The notes beneath the pieces are model-generated. The model searched no databases, was not told the DNA's origin, and saw nothing but the letters and a program-made list of their open reading frames with translations. A stretch of DNA of 64,000 bases from Octopus bimaculoides (taxonomy: Eukaryota): contig NC_068985.1 of assembly GCF_001194135.2 (NCBI RefSeq), positions 31,298,748-31,362,747 of the forward strand, in the 5' to 3' direction. Shown here piece by piece: positions 36,407-49,400 of the stretch; the first letter of the stretch is position 1; the number at the start of each line of letters is the position of its first letter. A program made the translations under genes and the position numbers.

Positions 36407-39400
36407 CTGCAAACAGAAAAAAAGAAAGCAATTAAATTTATGATTTCAACAGCAAAAATGGGCATCTGAACGTCAGTTCAATAGAAAAAAAATATTTTAA
36501 AAGAGATTTGTCTAAGCCAGAACAATGCAAGAAGGTACAAAGTAAACTACAAAAAAAAAGAAAAACCCCAAAAATTGCAGTTTTACCTTGTATTTCTATA
36601 TTTCAGGGTTATGACACCTTCTTCAGAACATTTGGAAAAAGTTGCTCAGATGAGTGGGGGACAAAGGAGAAAGGCAACATGCACAGACAGGTGTTGTTAT
36701 GCCAACCAGTCTGCTTCATGTAGTTCCTCCCAATTGGTTAGTGTGTACACCGTGATGTTATGTGTGGTATTTTTCCTCAACAGAACTTTCTTCAGGGATG
36801 GACCAGTGTGCACCATCTGTAGGTTGGATCTCCCCTTGCAGATTGCATGTCACAGCTGTCGTTGAAATGGAGCAGTTTAAGGAAGCGCATTTCTGACTTG
36901 GGATTATGGACCTTCATACGTGATTTACCCACTTTTGTTTCATGGATGCAGTTGTTGAGCAACAGATGGCAGATAGCCGTTGGGTGCTAAGCTCTTGAGG
37001 AACTGCTTGGTGTTGGTTGCTTCGTTAGTTGCTTCACTACATCTGTCTCATGTGCGTGATCTCATTTTGCACATATGTGGCTTTAGCTCTGGTGGGCAGA
37101 GCTGACTCGTAGTGTACGAACAGATTCCTGTTGACCACTCTTCTACAAAAATTTGTATAGATGGAACCCTCCTCTGTGATCTTGATTTTGGAAATGCAGC
37201 AGAGAGATGGTTCAATTTCATATCTGACATGACTGCTGACATTGTTGAAACTTTGATGTATGGCAATTGCTTCCTCCCAGGAGGTGAGTATCAGGATATT
37301 GTCAATGTACCTTGAGAAAAAGGCACATGAGTGGTAGGTGTTAAGCACCATGCATTCGAGATGACTAATGTATGAGATGGCCAGTAGGTTTGAGGCCAGA
37401 TCCCATTGGCAGACCTGAGAACTGTTTATCTGAGCTACTTCAATGTTGTATAGGAAATAGATGCTACTGATTATGTTTAGTAATATGGAAGACATGTAGT
37501 AGTAAAAGTTATCGAAATTCATGAGACATAATATAGAAAAGAGGCTTATTGAAATATTATTTCATGTAACCTTTTTAAAAATTATTTTTTTATTTACCTC
37601 TTCACCCACAGTTGTTTGCTAAATGTTGAAATATACTGGAACTTATCAGTTATCAGCTTTAATTAGTTGAAAAGCGTCTCTTTACATGGATAACTTGCTA
37701 GTCTATTGCAGGTTTTGCCTTTGGGAAGATTTTAGTCAAGTCTGTTACAGATGTAACATACACAAATTCATAATATATAGATTGGACAACTGAAGGTTAA
37801 GTGCTTTGGCTACTGACGCTGCATGTTACTGGTGACAAGATACAAACCTGCAACCGTGTGGCCACCTTACCAAGCGACACTTATTTTTGCTAATAATCTT
37901 ATTCATGTTTGCATTTAAAATGTAGTGTAGAGATGCAGTTACTGTGCTCTGAGATGAAATCCTGTTCAGATTAACTTTGCTGTTCATCCTTTCAACCTAT
38001 CCAAAGTGACAGACTGGACACCTTGGCTCTTTGCATTTTGAGTTCAAAACTCACTAAAGCCTGCATGAGTAGTAGACAACCTGGTTTCCCAATTTGATAG
38101 CACCACTTGGCACCTTGGATACTTTAGCAAAATCCACTTTATTGCAAGCATTTGGGCTAGGTTTCCCTCTTGATTGTAAATAAAAAAATAAACAAAAAAA
38201 CAAGCTAGTAGAAATATGTAATAAAGTAATATCTTACCTGTGAACTTCTATAGAACCAAAGAGCTCATATGGATATTCATATTTTTCATCCATACTAATA
38301 GCTTTCTCAATGTAAGAGCGAATTTTATCGAAGTCTGGTTCTTCACTGAGTAGCAGGACTCTATAAGATAAAATATAAATGCCTGATGTTTCCTGAACAT
38401 GTATATAAATGAAAATAATACCAATAGTTTTACAACAAATGAGCAACATGCACCTGTAGTCCTGAGCTAGACTCTCTGTTAGTTCAACTTGGTTAGGATC
38501 AGTTGGACTCAGCTGAAAATACACACCACTTGTCCCTTTGATATAAGCAAACCTCTTGTTCACCTCTTTTTGGCTTAGGTTAATTAGCCAGCTACTTTTA
38601 TGCCAGTCTTGCACTTCTTACATATACATCATACAGTCTACCTTTGACACAAAGAAAGGAATCCTTTACTTATTTGTCAACAGAGACAACAACTCTCAAA
38701 ACTGCTTTCTTCTCTTCTTTACTCTAGCTACTATGGTTTTGATACAAGAGTATATTAAATCATATAACTAAGAATCACTTTCTATAAACATCAAGTTATG
38801 GAACTCTGAAGTAATTTATGTATAATTTATTCATTTACTCTTGTATTCCTCTCATTCTTACAATGTCGCCTCTCAGCATTCATACTATACTCTCTCTTCC
38901 CACGTCAATGGCACCCTCCAGCCTCTCCTTTCCTTACTGCATCTATCTTCAGCTTCTTTTTCTTTCACTGTTCTCCCATCACACTCCATTTTAACATCTT
39001 TTCATCTCTCCCTCTCTATTCCTACCTCCATGCCAGAGTGTAGTGATTGCCTTTAATATGTGATGGATAATACATTCAGCCACTGCAATGAATTCAATTG
39101 CTGAAGTTAACAAACACAATTAAAATACTTGGTTATCAGAAGACGGATACCAATTATAAGTTATCTTTGAATTTAATAATCGCCACACACACACTCACAC
39201 CTATAAATAATAAAAACTTTATGCAATTTAGTGTGTATGTATGTGTGTGCCAAGAGAAAGAAATAGTATACAAGTTTCTGTGATGCAATTAGCTTTAAAA
39301 AACTGATATAATATTAAAATGGAAACTAACGCCTTTCTTTAAACATAATTGACATTTTCTCTGATAAGATTATGTAAAGAGAACTAACCCCATGTATACA

Positions 39401-42400
39401 GTTGCCATTGCATTATCTTCTTCCAACTCCAACACTTTTTCAAAGTGATGCCTAGCTTTTTCTGGTTTGTTTTGGCCCAAAAGTGTCTGCAAAGAAGAGT
39501 TTTAAATGTTTCATAAGGGATTATGAAATCCCAAAATTTGTTACAGCATTTTCAAGTTATGATGGAAAAATTACTGGAATGATTAATGAGCTACATTTCA
39601 TCTAAGAAATATTTAAGGTTTTCCCTAAATTTTCATTATTTAGCAAAATCAAAACAATATGCAGGAGTATATTAAATCATATTAATTATAAAGCATGAAC
39701 TTATAACTAAGAATCACTTTCTATAAACATCAAGTTATGGAACTCTGAAGTAATTTATGTATAATTTATTCATTTACATTATATTGTCAAGTAAACAAAA
39801 CCAACTCAGATTTAGTTCCAGACCTTAAAGTTTAACAAATAAACTAAACATCAAAAATATGGATTACAAAAATGTAAGTTGGATAATTTAATTAGTGTCT
39901 TCAGCAAAACAAATATGCTAAATCAAGAACTGGTTTATTAAGCCTGAAAGCTAATTACCTGTCCAAATTTGATCCTAGCTTCAATACAGTTTGGGAATTT
40001 TTCCACAACTCTTTCAAATTGGGATGCTACTTTCTCCAAACCATCAGCAGAGCTATTTATTAAGGCAGCTCGATGTTCTAGAAACAATACAATAAATCAA
40101 AACTTATATTATCATAAAATATGTAACAAATGAAAAATGCCAAATACTGAACTTTTAATATTAACAGTTATTTATCACCAACACAAGAACAGAACAACAG
40201 TTTTGACGACTAAGAATATTAAGAGAGTTGCAACCCAACTAGACATACTTTTTGCGAAAGAAATATATATCAACAAAGACTGAATGTATGGATTTGCGAT
40301 CTAAATAAAAAATGTTGGTAGAGAGAAAAAGGCTTGTCCAATAAATAACTGTTTATATTTTGATTTGATTAAATTCTTGATTAAAGATGTTAGTTAACAG
40401 AATTAACTAATATAAGGAGCTATAATGTTGGCATACATAAAATAATGGTGAACATGTTTTGCAGACTTGCATTCACCCATCTTGTTTTAGAAGAGAAATA
40501 TTTTAAAGTTTGAATTTCTGTGTGACCCTTAAATTAACATATTTCTGTTGAAATACAGTGCTTTTGTTTCAATTCATTTTGAAAATAATGAAGAACCTAG
40601 TAAAATAATTTTGTCATTATCAAGCTGGTGTTTGGAATATAAATTAACATGAAATTTGGAGGGAAGGTTTTAATTTAGATCAGTGTAAAACAGAAAGTTC
40701 ATATCATAGAAACAAGGGTGGTCTCAAGCAGGTTACTATCAAAAGGGCTAAACCACATTTGCTTCTAGTCTATTCTGCATGCACATACATATACACACAC
40801 CACCACTACCACCGCCAAAACTTCTAAATTATTGTTTACTTTATTGGCAATAATGTACAAGAATTGTGACACATGTAACATATTTATTTTGCATAAAAGT
40901 ATGTTATAAAATAGAAGACTTTTAAATACCTCCAAGACACTTATAAACATGGGCATGAGGGAAGTTTGGATCCAGTTCTATACATTTTTCATAATCCCGA
41001 ACACTATCTTCACAGCGATCTTGTAACATCAGGAGCTGAGAACAAAATGAATATATAGTTGCTAAATAAACTTAAATTTTTATAATTCAAGAGAAAATCT
41101 TAAGCATAATAGACTCATGGGGCAACAAAGATACCACAGTTACCGATTTCCACAAAGAATTGACAAAAGAAAAAAAGTTTTAGAAGTTGACATCATAAAA
41201 GGATTCTGTTCACTAAAGGGAAGGCAAGTAGCAAATCTTCAATTCACTTCCATGATATCTTGTACATAATTATATTAAAAAATTCCCATTCCAGTAAATA
41301 ACACAAACTCACTAACAACAATTAAATCATTTCAAGGTCAATCAAATTAATAGAATAAATACTTATTAGCAGTAGTGAATAATTTTAAATCAGTAAAAAA
41401 ATTTAAAAAAAGACAACTCGAGTTTCACGTTTTAGCATGTGACTTGAACCAAGATCATATCAAACATAAAAATAGACACACATTGTTATACCCACTTCTG
41501 TTGTATTATTTGGGTAGTATTATATTTTATTACAAAGGCTGATCTTGAGATTTTCAACCTTAAGGATCTCGGTTTTGGCACAGACATGGATATGTAGTTA
41601 AGTTTGCATTTAGTTCCACTGTGTGGCACCCTGGGGCAAACATCCTCAACTATAGCCCTGAACCAACCAAAGCCTTGCGAGTGGATTTGGTAGATGGAAA
41701 CTGAAGGAAGCTCATATATTTGTGTGAGCCTGTCTCCTTGTCTTGAAAATGCATGATAGCTATAAATGAATGTCCTTCATTTACAATTTTCTGTGAAAAC
41801 ATGTCTGGCCATGGGGAAACAGGTAAGAGTGACAGGAAGGGCATCTGACTGTAGAAAATCTGCTTCTATAAATTTTTTACTTGTTCCAGTCATTTGACTG
41901 CAGGTATGCTGGAACATCGCCTTTAGTCGAGCAAATCAACCCCAGGACTTATTCTTTGTAAGCCTAGTACTTATTCTATAGGTCACGTTTACCGAACCAC
42001 TAAGTTATGGGGACATAAATACACACAAACACATACATACATATATATATACATACACACACATATATACGATGGGCTTCTTTCAGTTTCCATCTACCAA
42101 ATCCACTCACAAGGCTTTGGTAGAAGACACTTGCCCAAGGTGCCACGAAGTGGGACTGAACCCGGAAACCATGTGGTAGGTAAGCAAAGCAACCTACTTG
42201 CCACACAGCCATTCCTGTTATCAAGTCTATTTCAAATTATGTATTTTTGAAAAATAGACATGAATGTTCTCGAAGACTTGATAACAGAAACAATGCACTT
42301 GCGGTATATTAGGAGCTCAACTAAGATGATAACAAAAGAGAAAAAATTTTTTTTAGTGAAATCAGGGCTGGAGGATTCCCGAGGGTGCACCCTACCTCTC

Positions 42401-42459
42401 CATTTCCCACAGAAAAAAAAAGCATTTTCAGTATATAAAGAGATCAACTAAGATTAAAA

Positions 42460-42512
<53 letters not shown>

Positions 42513-45066
42513 AAAATTTTTCCAAGTGAAATCAGGGTCAGTTGCTAGAATGAGAATGAGCTAGGCAAAGTCCAGAGAGCTGCTACTTTTGTTAGTAACA
42601 AAGTGCCTCTCCCTCAGAGTGAAAAATAGATTCTATGATGCCTGCTATGCTAGATGGCAATCAAACAGTTATGACTTCAGAAGACATGTGAAGGTTTGAA
42701 AGGAATGAAGCCAGTACGCTTTGCTGGATGTGCAATGTCAGTATAGAAATATGATAGAGTGTAAGCACTTTATTTCATGTTTTTATGCATCAGACCACAA
42801 TTATAGTTCAAATGGTATGAGTGCAAAGATTCACAGAGACAAACACATATGATGGGTTTCTGTAACATCTCCATCTATCAAATTTCACAAGGCATTGTTC
42901 AACCCAAGACTACAGTAGAAGACACTTGCTTAAAGTGCCATGCAGTGGGATGGATGCCCAAACCACACAACTGATAAGTGATCTTCTTACACAGCCTGCC
43001 TGCAGTAAAAATGATTTCAAAGTATTGGTGTAATATAATCATATCATTATATTGCAAGACATACTTCTCAAAATAGAAGATCATTTAATGAAATAGATTG
43101 TTTTGCTTGATCAAGGGTGGGAGGGCTAAGAGGATGTCTGTTTGCAACTTCATAGCCACCTAAAAAACAATTAGTGAAAGCACAGTACACGCTACTAAGA
43201 CATATTTGCTTGTGAGTAATGGTTAAGTTGGGAGATGAATTGAGTAACTTACTTGTCCTCGATGGAAATATATATCAACATTTTCTGGGTCAATGTTAAT
43301 AGCTTCACTATACATTTCCATAGCTTCTATAGCCATGCTTTGTTGACTGTAACAACTAGCTTTCTTGATTAAAGCACTGACTTTCACCTAAACATAAAGA
43401 AAAGAAAATATTAATATCTATTTATAATAAATACCTTAGGAATGAGAATCCAGGTTCGAAATTTCCCCAAGACACCTGATGAAGGCTGGAGGGTATATCA
43501 GCCGAAACGTTGTGTTAATAACAAACAAGATGAGGACAAATATCCGTCAATTGTAAATAATGTACAGAATTAGTTAATTATGTCAACTGACATATTTACC
43601 ATATATTTAAAATTTTAAATAAAAACCTTCAGTATTACTGATTCATAAATACTTTGTCTAAAAAATCTAAAACAGATAAAGAATGTTGTGATTATGAAAC
43701 ACTTACATTTTTATTAACATTTTCACTTTGAATTAAATCCTCAAAGTCAGTTATGGCATCAGTAAAAGCACCCATATAAAAGTGTGCAGTTCCTCGTAGC
43801 AATCTTGCTTTGTTTATATAGGGGGAGTCAGGTTGATCCAGTTCTTTGGAACATAAATCAATGATATTATCACACTGACATTTAGAAAATTGTTTGCAAG
43901 CCTCTATAAAGGGTGAACTGAAAAGAAAAGAAAATTTGTAAATGTTATAGAATATCATAAAAGAAGAGCAAAGCATGGCATTACATCTTGAATGAACATT
44001 TATAAAATTTAATGGGTATCTGGCCCTGAATTACTCCTTCACAGATTAAAGCTATAGGGTGAAAAGAGCAGAACCTTGTGGATAATTATTAAAATGTTCT
44101 CATTCATCATATCATCAACCCTAACCTCCATATTGAGAATTTCTGTAGCTAAAAGCTTCAACAGTACTCACATCCAGCTATCAATATTTATCTTTTACTA
44201 GGTTAGACATGTACAAATTGTTGCATTACATAGACATCAGTGGTTCAAGAATTTGATGCAAATGTCATCAATTTCAGCTCATAACGGTCACTGTACAACT
44301 TACAATACATGATCAACTAGATCATGACCACTGTAATTCCTGTTTAATGCACTGCCCCTGAAACATTATCTTCCTATTTTACTATATATATATATATATA
44401 TATATATNNNNNNNNNNNNNNNNNNNNNNNNNNNNNNNNNNNNNNNNNNNNNNNNNNNNNNNNNNNNNNNNNNNNNNNNNNNNNNNNNNNNNNNNNNNNN
44501 NNNNNNNNNNNNNNNNNNNNNNNNNNNNNNNNNNNNNNNNNNNNNNNNNNNNNNNNNNNNNNNNNNNNNNNNNNNNNNNNNNNNNNNTATATATATATAT
44601 CATCATCATCATCATTGTTTAACTTCAGTTTTCCATGCTGGCATGGGTTGGACAGTTTGACTGAGGTCTGGAAAGTCAGTGGCTGCACCAGGCTCCAATC
44701 TGATCTGGCAATGTTTCTACAGCTGGATGCCCTTTACTCCGAGTGTGAAGTGGGTGCTTTTTATGTGCCAGTCAGGCAGGCCTGGCATTGATTACATTTG
44801 GATAGTGCTTTTTACATGCCACTGGCACGGGAACCAGTCAGGTAGGCAAGAATCACAAGACAGATTCTTCAAGTCAAGTCAAATGGAAACCTAGTGGGTA
44901 GACTAAGAATGTTAGTTCAATAATAACCATAATCTCAGTTGGTCACACTTGGGAATCCAACCAGAAAGTGTAATGACAGTTGCTTCTGATAGGACCTTAT
45001 GGAGAATGTATCAGAGGACTATCTCCATGATCCTCCAAGGAACAGTGGGTGAAGAAGATGGATGGC

Positions 45067-45107
<41 letters not shown>

Positions 45108-46399
45108 ATACACATATATGCTGAAAATATGCTTTTTGCATATTGGACTTCTCTATAAAGAAATAAATGAAAGAGGAAAAAAAAACATTGATAGAAAACA
45201 AGTTAATCACAAGTGAAACATTCAGTGAATTTAACGAATTAATGATAACACAAGCACTAGAGATAAAGTAGAAGACTTAAGATCAAATAAATAAATAAAA
45301 TGTAGATACCTTTCAAGAATTTTTGAAGTGTCAAAATTGAAAATTGGATCATTCCGGAACATATCTCTGAAAACTTTCATAAAAGTCTTTGAAGGTAGAG
45401 AAGGTTTGCGAGACTACAAAAAGCAAACAAGTACACTGCATTAGATAAAATATTTACTTTGCCAAAAATAACCTCGTTTCAAAATTTAAGAAAGATTACT
45501 TTATTTTTAACTCAGGAAATGAAAATAAAATTTTCCGCTTTAACCATAAAATTTAATGTTTCGGAAATTTAACATGAATTTCTAGGGTATTCATTGGCCG
45601 ATACTACTTCCACAAATAACATTTGAGTATACAAATAGCAATTTATAAGTTACATATAAAGTACACTAACAGAAAAATATGCTAGTGTAAAAGCAGAAAA
45701 CACCTAGATGAAATGAGCTCTTCAGATTTCTTTTGCATTTGATCTAGAAAAGTAAAGTGGGAACAACTCAAGTATAACAGAGAAACTTACAAAAAAGCTA
45801 AGATTAACAAGAGTTTTACAGTATAGATAGCTGTTTGTCAGTTATTCAAAGTCCCATTTTCGTCAACCTTTAAAACCAAATAAGATTGGAAACTATTTAC
45901 ACATATAACTAGCTTCTTCAAGACATCAAGAATATCTCACAATGAAAGTAACACCACAAAAGGGATAAATGTATAGGATGTACATAGGAAATCAATTCTA
46001 GAGTAAACTTATAGCTGAAATACGAGTTGAGTAACATTTGATTAATAGGAATTTGACAAAGTACTGTTAGTGAACAGAGAAACCAGCTAGAATATTAAAA
46101 GCTGTATGCATCATGTAAAAGACTTCAATGGTTTAGATAAGAGTGAAGATATACGTTAATGCATACAGTGATATAGCTACAAGTAGCTAGGGTTCATAAA
46201 TGAATTATCAAAAAGCAATGGCCCTTCTCATTCTGTTCTGAAGAGGGTGGATAAACATAATATACCATCTTGATATTATTGTGTCTTATTTTGTCATAGC
46301 TGGAAAAGACAGCTACTAAATGTTTTTTTTTTTTTAATTAAATCAAGGAACATTTATAATTTATTTATAAAAAAATGTTCTACAAAGAATCATACACAC

Positions 46400-46442
<43 letters not shown>

Positions 46443-49400
46443 TGTGTGTGTGTGTGTGCATGCACATATGTTCAACAACTAAGTGTTTACTAATCTTAGA
46501 AAACTATTAACTTATTTATATTCTACTTTCCATCATAAAACCCTGTTTTGATATAATTAGTAATAAACATCCAGATTGCTTAAAAAATAAAAACAAGCAA
46601 ACTTACACCCATTTCAACTTTAGCTTTCTGCTTCCCCATATCCCGCAGAACTCTTTCAGAAAATTTGACTGTGTTTACATTTGAAAAATTTTCCAACATG
46701 CACAACAAGGTTAAATCTGAAAATGGAAACAGAAGTGGAAAGTTTTTTTTAAATAACTGGAGGTTGTAATAAATAATTAACAAATAAACAGTATAGATTA
46801 AAATGATGCAATGAGATTCACAGGCACCCACTACACTCTTGGAGTGGTTGGTGTTAGAAAGAGCAACCAGCTGTAGAAACCAAGCCAAACCAGACTGGAG
46901 TCTGGTACAGCTCTCCAGCTTACTAGTTCCAGTCAAACTGTCTAACCTATGCCAGCATGGAAAATGGATGCTAAATGATGATGAATTCTGTTACTTTATG
47001 AGAGAGCGAGAGCTAGCATGTACAATGTGTATAAAATCAAAATGGCTGAGTAGATAAGATATTAGACTAACACTTTTCATTAAACTTCTATGTGCTCCAG
47101 TTCTTCTATTTGTTATGATTAGCTACTAAAAATACTCTTTTCCACTCTAGGCACAAGGCCCGAAATTTTTTGAGAGGGACCCAGTCAGTTAGATCGACCC
47201 CACTACACAACTGATGCTTAATTTATTGACCCCAAAAGGATGAAAGGTAAAATCAACCTTGGAGGAATTTAAACTCAGAACGTAAAGACAGTTGAAATAC
47301 CGCTAAGCATTTCGCTTGGTGTGCTCACGTTTTTGCCAGCTTGTCGCCTTAGCTACTAAAAAATATTAATGACAAACTGGTATCCTGTTAAAGGTGATAT
47401 TTATCTTTCATTTACTTAACTCCATAAAACAGCAGCTAAGTGACGATCATTTTAGATATTTGGGGGATTTTGGAGACATTTTATTTTATAGTAGGTGCAG
47501 GCATTTCAGCGTGACTGTAAAGTTTGCTTTCCAACTACACAAGTTCAGGTTCAGTCCCATTCTGTGGCACATTAGGCAAGTGTTCTACTATACCTTTGGA
47601 CTGACCAAAGCAGACATCATACAATAGCTGTAAAGGAATATCATTCACTTCCAATATTCTACAAAAATATGTCTGACCATGGGGAAATATTACTTTGCTT
47701 GAAAATAGGTGTTGGCAACAAGGGCGTCTGGCTGTAGAAAATCTACTTTAATAAGGTCCTTCAGATCCATGCAAGCATGGAAAAGTGAGCATATATTAGA
47801 TAGAATAGGACACCATCCAAAACTGATGTAGCTTATGACAAGCATTTAAATATGTTATGATGACAATGGTTGATAATGACAATGATACGGTTCAGTTATT
47901 CTTACCTTCTAAAGCAATTTTCAAGTTGCCCGTTTGGTCAGCAGATTTGGCTCGGCGAGTTAAAGCTTTCATATACTTAGGATTTAACTCCAAAGCTTTG
48001 GAACAATCACTAATCACTTGTTGGTGGTTCTCCTACAGAAATCAAAAGTAAAATTACTCAGGTGAAAAAAAAAAAAGTCATTGTGTGAATGCCTAATACA
48101 TTGATGAATTCAAGATGAAAAAAAAAAGGTGAATAAACAGTGGAAGGGACTATAAGTAGATTTAGATCAAGGAAAAAAACTTTCAAAAAAGTGATTAAAT
48201 CAAATCTGATAATAAGAATTCATTGATAAGACATCAAAGAAGGTACGAAAAGATGCTATATGCAACCTGCCCTTGTTTAACCTTGCCAGCATAGAAAATT
48301 GAATGGCTTGATAATACTGATTAATAAGAAGAATTACTATTAATTACCATTTACTAACTATGGATGGAAGTACACAACTCAGATTCATGAGAATGTTTAC
48401 AAGACAGCAGAGAGAAGAAACAAGAACAATGAATTTTACCATGGACCATAACACATAATACTTGAATATTATCAGGAAGCATCAATATTGCTTGAGAGAA
48501 ACTGTATATCTTTTAAATGTGTCAAAAATATTGTTATCACTAGTGAAAAGGTGAAGAGAATATCCTAACAGCGTGTGTTATGATTAGTTTCGTATTGCAA
48601 TGAAACATTATCAATCATTCTTATACCTGTTTCAAAAGCTGCCAGGAGTTGGATCCATATGTAATAGTTCAATATACTGCAGATGATTAAATATCTTAAT
48701 TTCAACAACTAAGTGAACACTAAACAACCAATGACTCCAACTACAGATCAATTACTGGACTTGAAAAGAGTTTTATTTACCATCATCCCTAGGAGTGGGA
48801 ATATTTTCAAATGACTGAAACAAGTAAAAGAGTATAAGTGAATTAAGAGAGCAGCTTGGCATCAAACATATTAGCTGATGAATTTAAAAAAAGAGTCTGG
48901 TGTGAATAGATGATACATGAAGAGTAAAAAGGTATCAGGAGTCTATTATATAGAGTATCTGATGTAAAGGTAGGCCACAGAAAATATGGAAAGAAGTGGT
49001 AAGAACATATCAAAGAATGTTGGGTCCTTCAGAAGAAACCACACAGGATTAAAATGATGGGGAAAACATTTTGTTGTAAATCCATCCAACTTGTGTCAGC
49101 GTGAAATTATAATTTTTAATAGCAAGATACCACCAATTCTATAGCTAATCTCCTAAATATCAAGTAAGATCGGTACCTATTTTCAACTGTGTAGATTAAT
49201 CATCATCATCATCATCGTTTAACGTCCGCTTTCCATGCTAGCACGGGTTGGACGATTTGACTGAGGACTGGTGAAACCGGATGGCAACACCAAGCTCCAA
49301 TCTGATTTGGCAGAGTTTCTACAGCTGGATGGCCTTCCTAACGCCAACCACTCAGAGAGTGTAGTGGGTGCTTTTACGTATCACCCGCACGAAGGCCAGT

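Noticed and set aside
42313-42537. 50-nt poly(A) with an apparent 13-bp TSD (AGTGAAATCAGGG), suggesting a retroposed mini-transcript
   Set aside because: The direct repeat extends upstream through the A-run (GAG(C/A)TCAACTAAGAT at ~42313 and ~42440). It is a ~55-bp local duplication with an expanded A tract, not a poly(A) tail plus TSD.
46236-46290. CTGAAGA followed by a hairpin, a possible fifth hammerhead
   Set aside because: GAAA is replaced by GATA, and no stem I or stem III can be formed.
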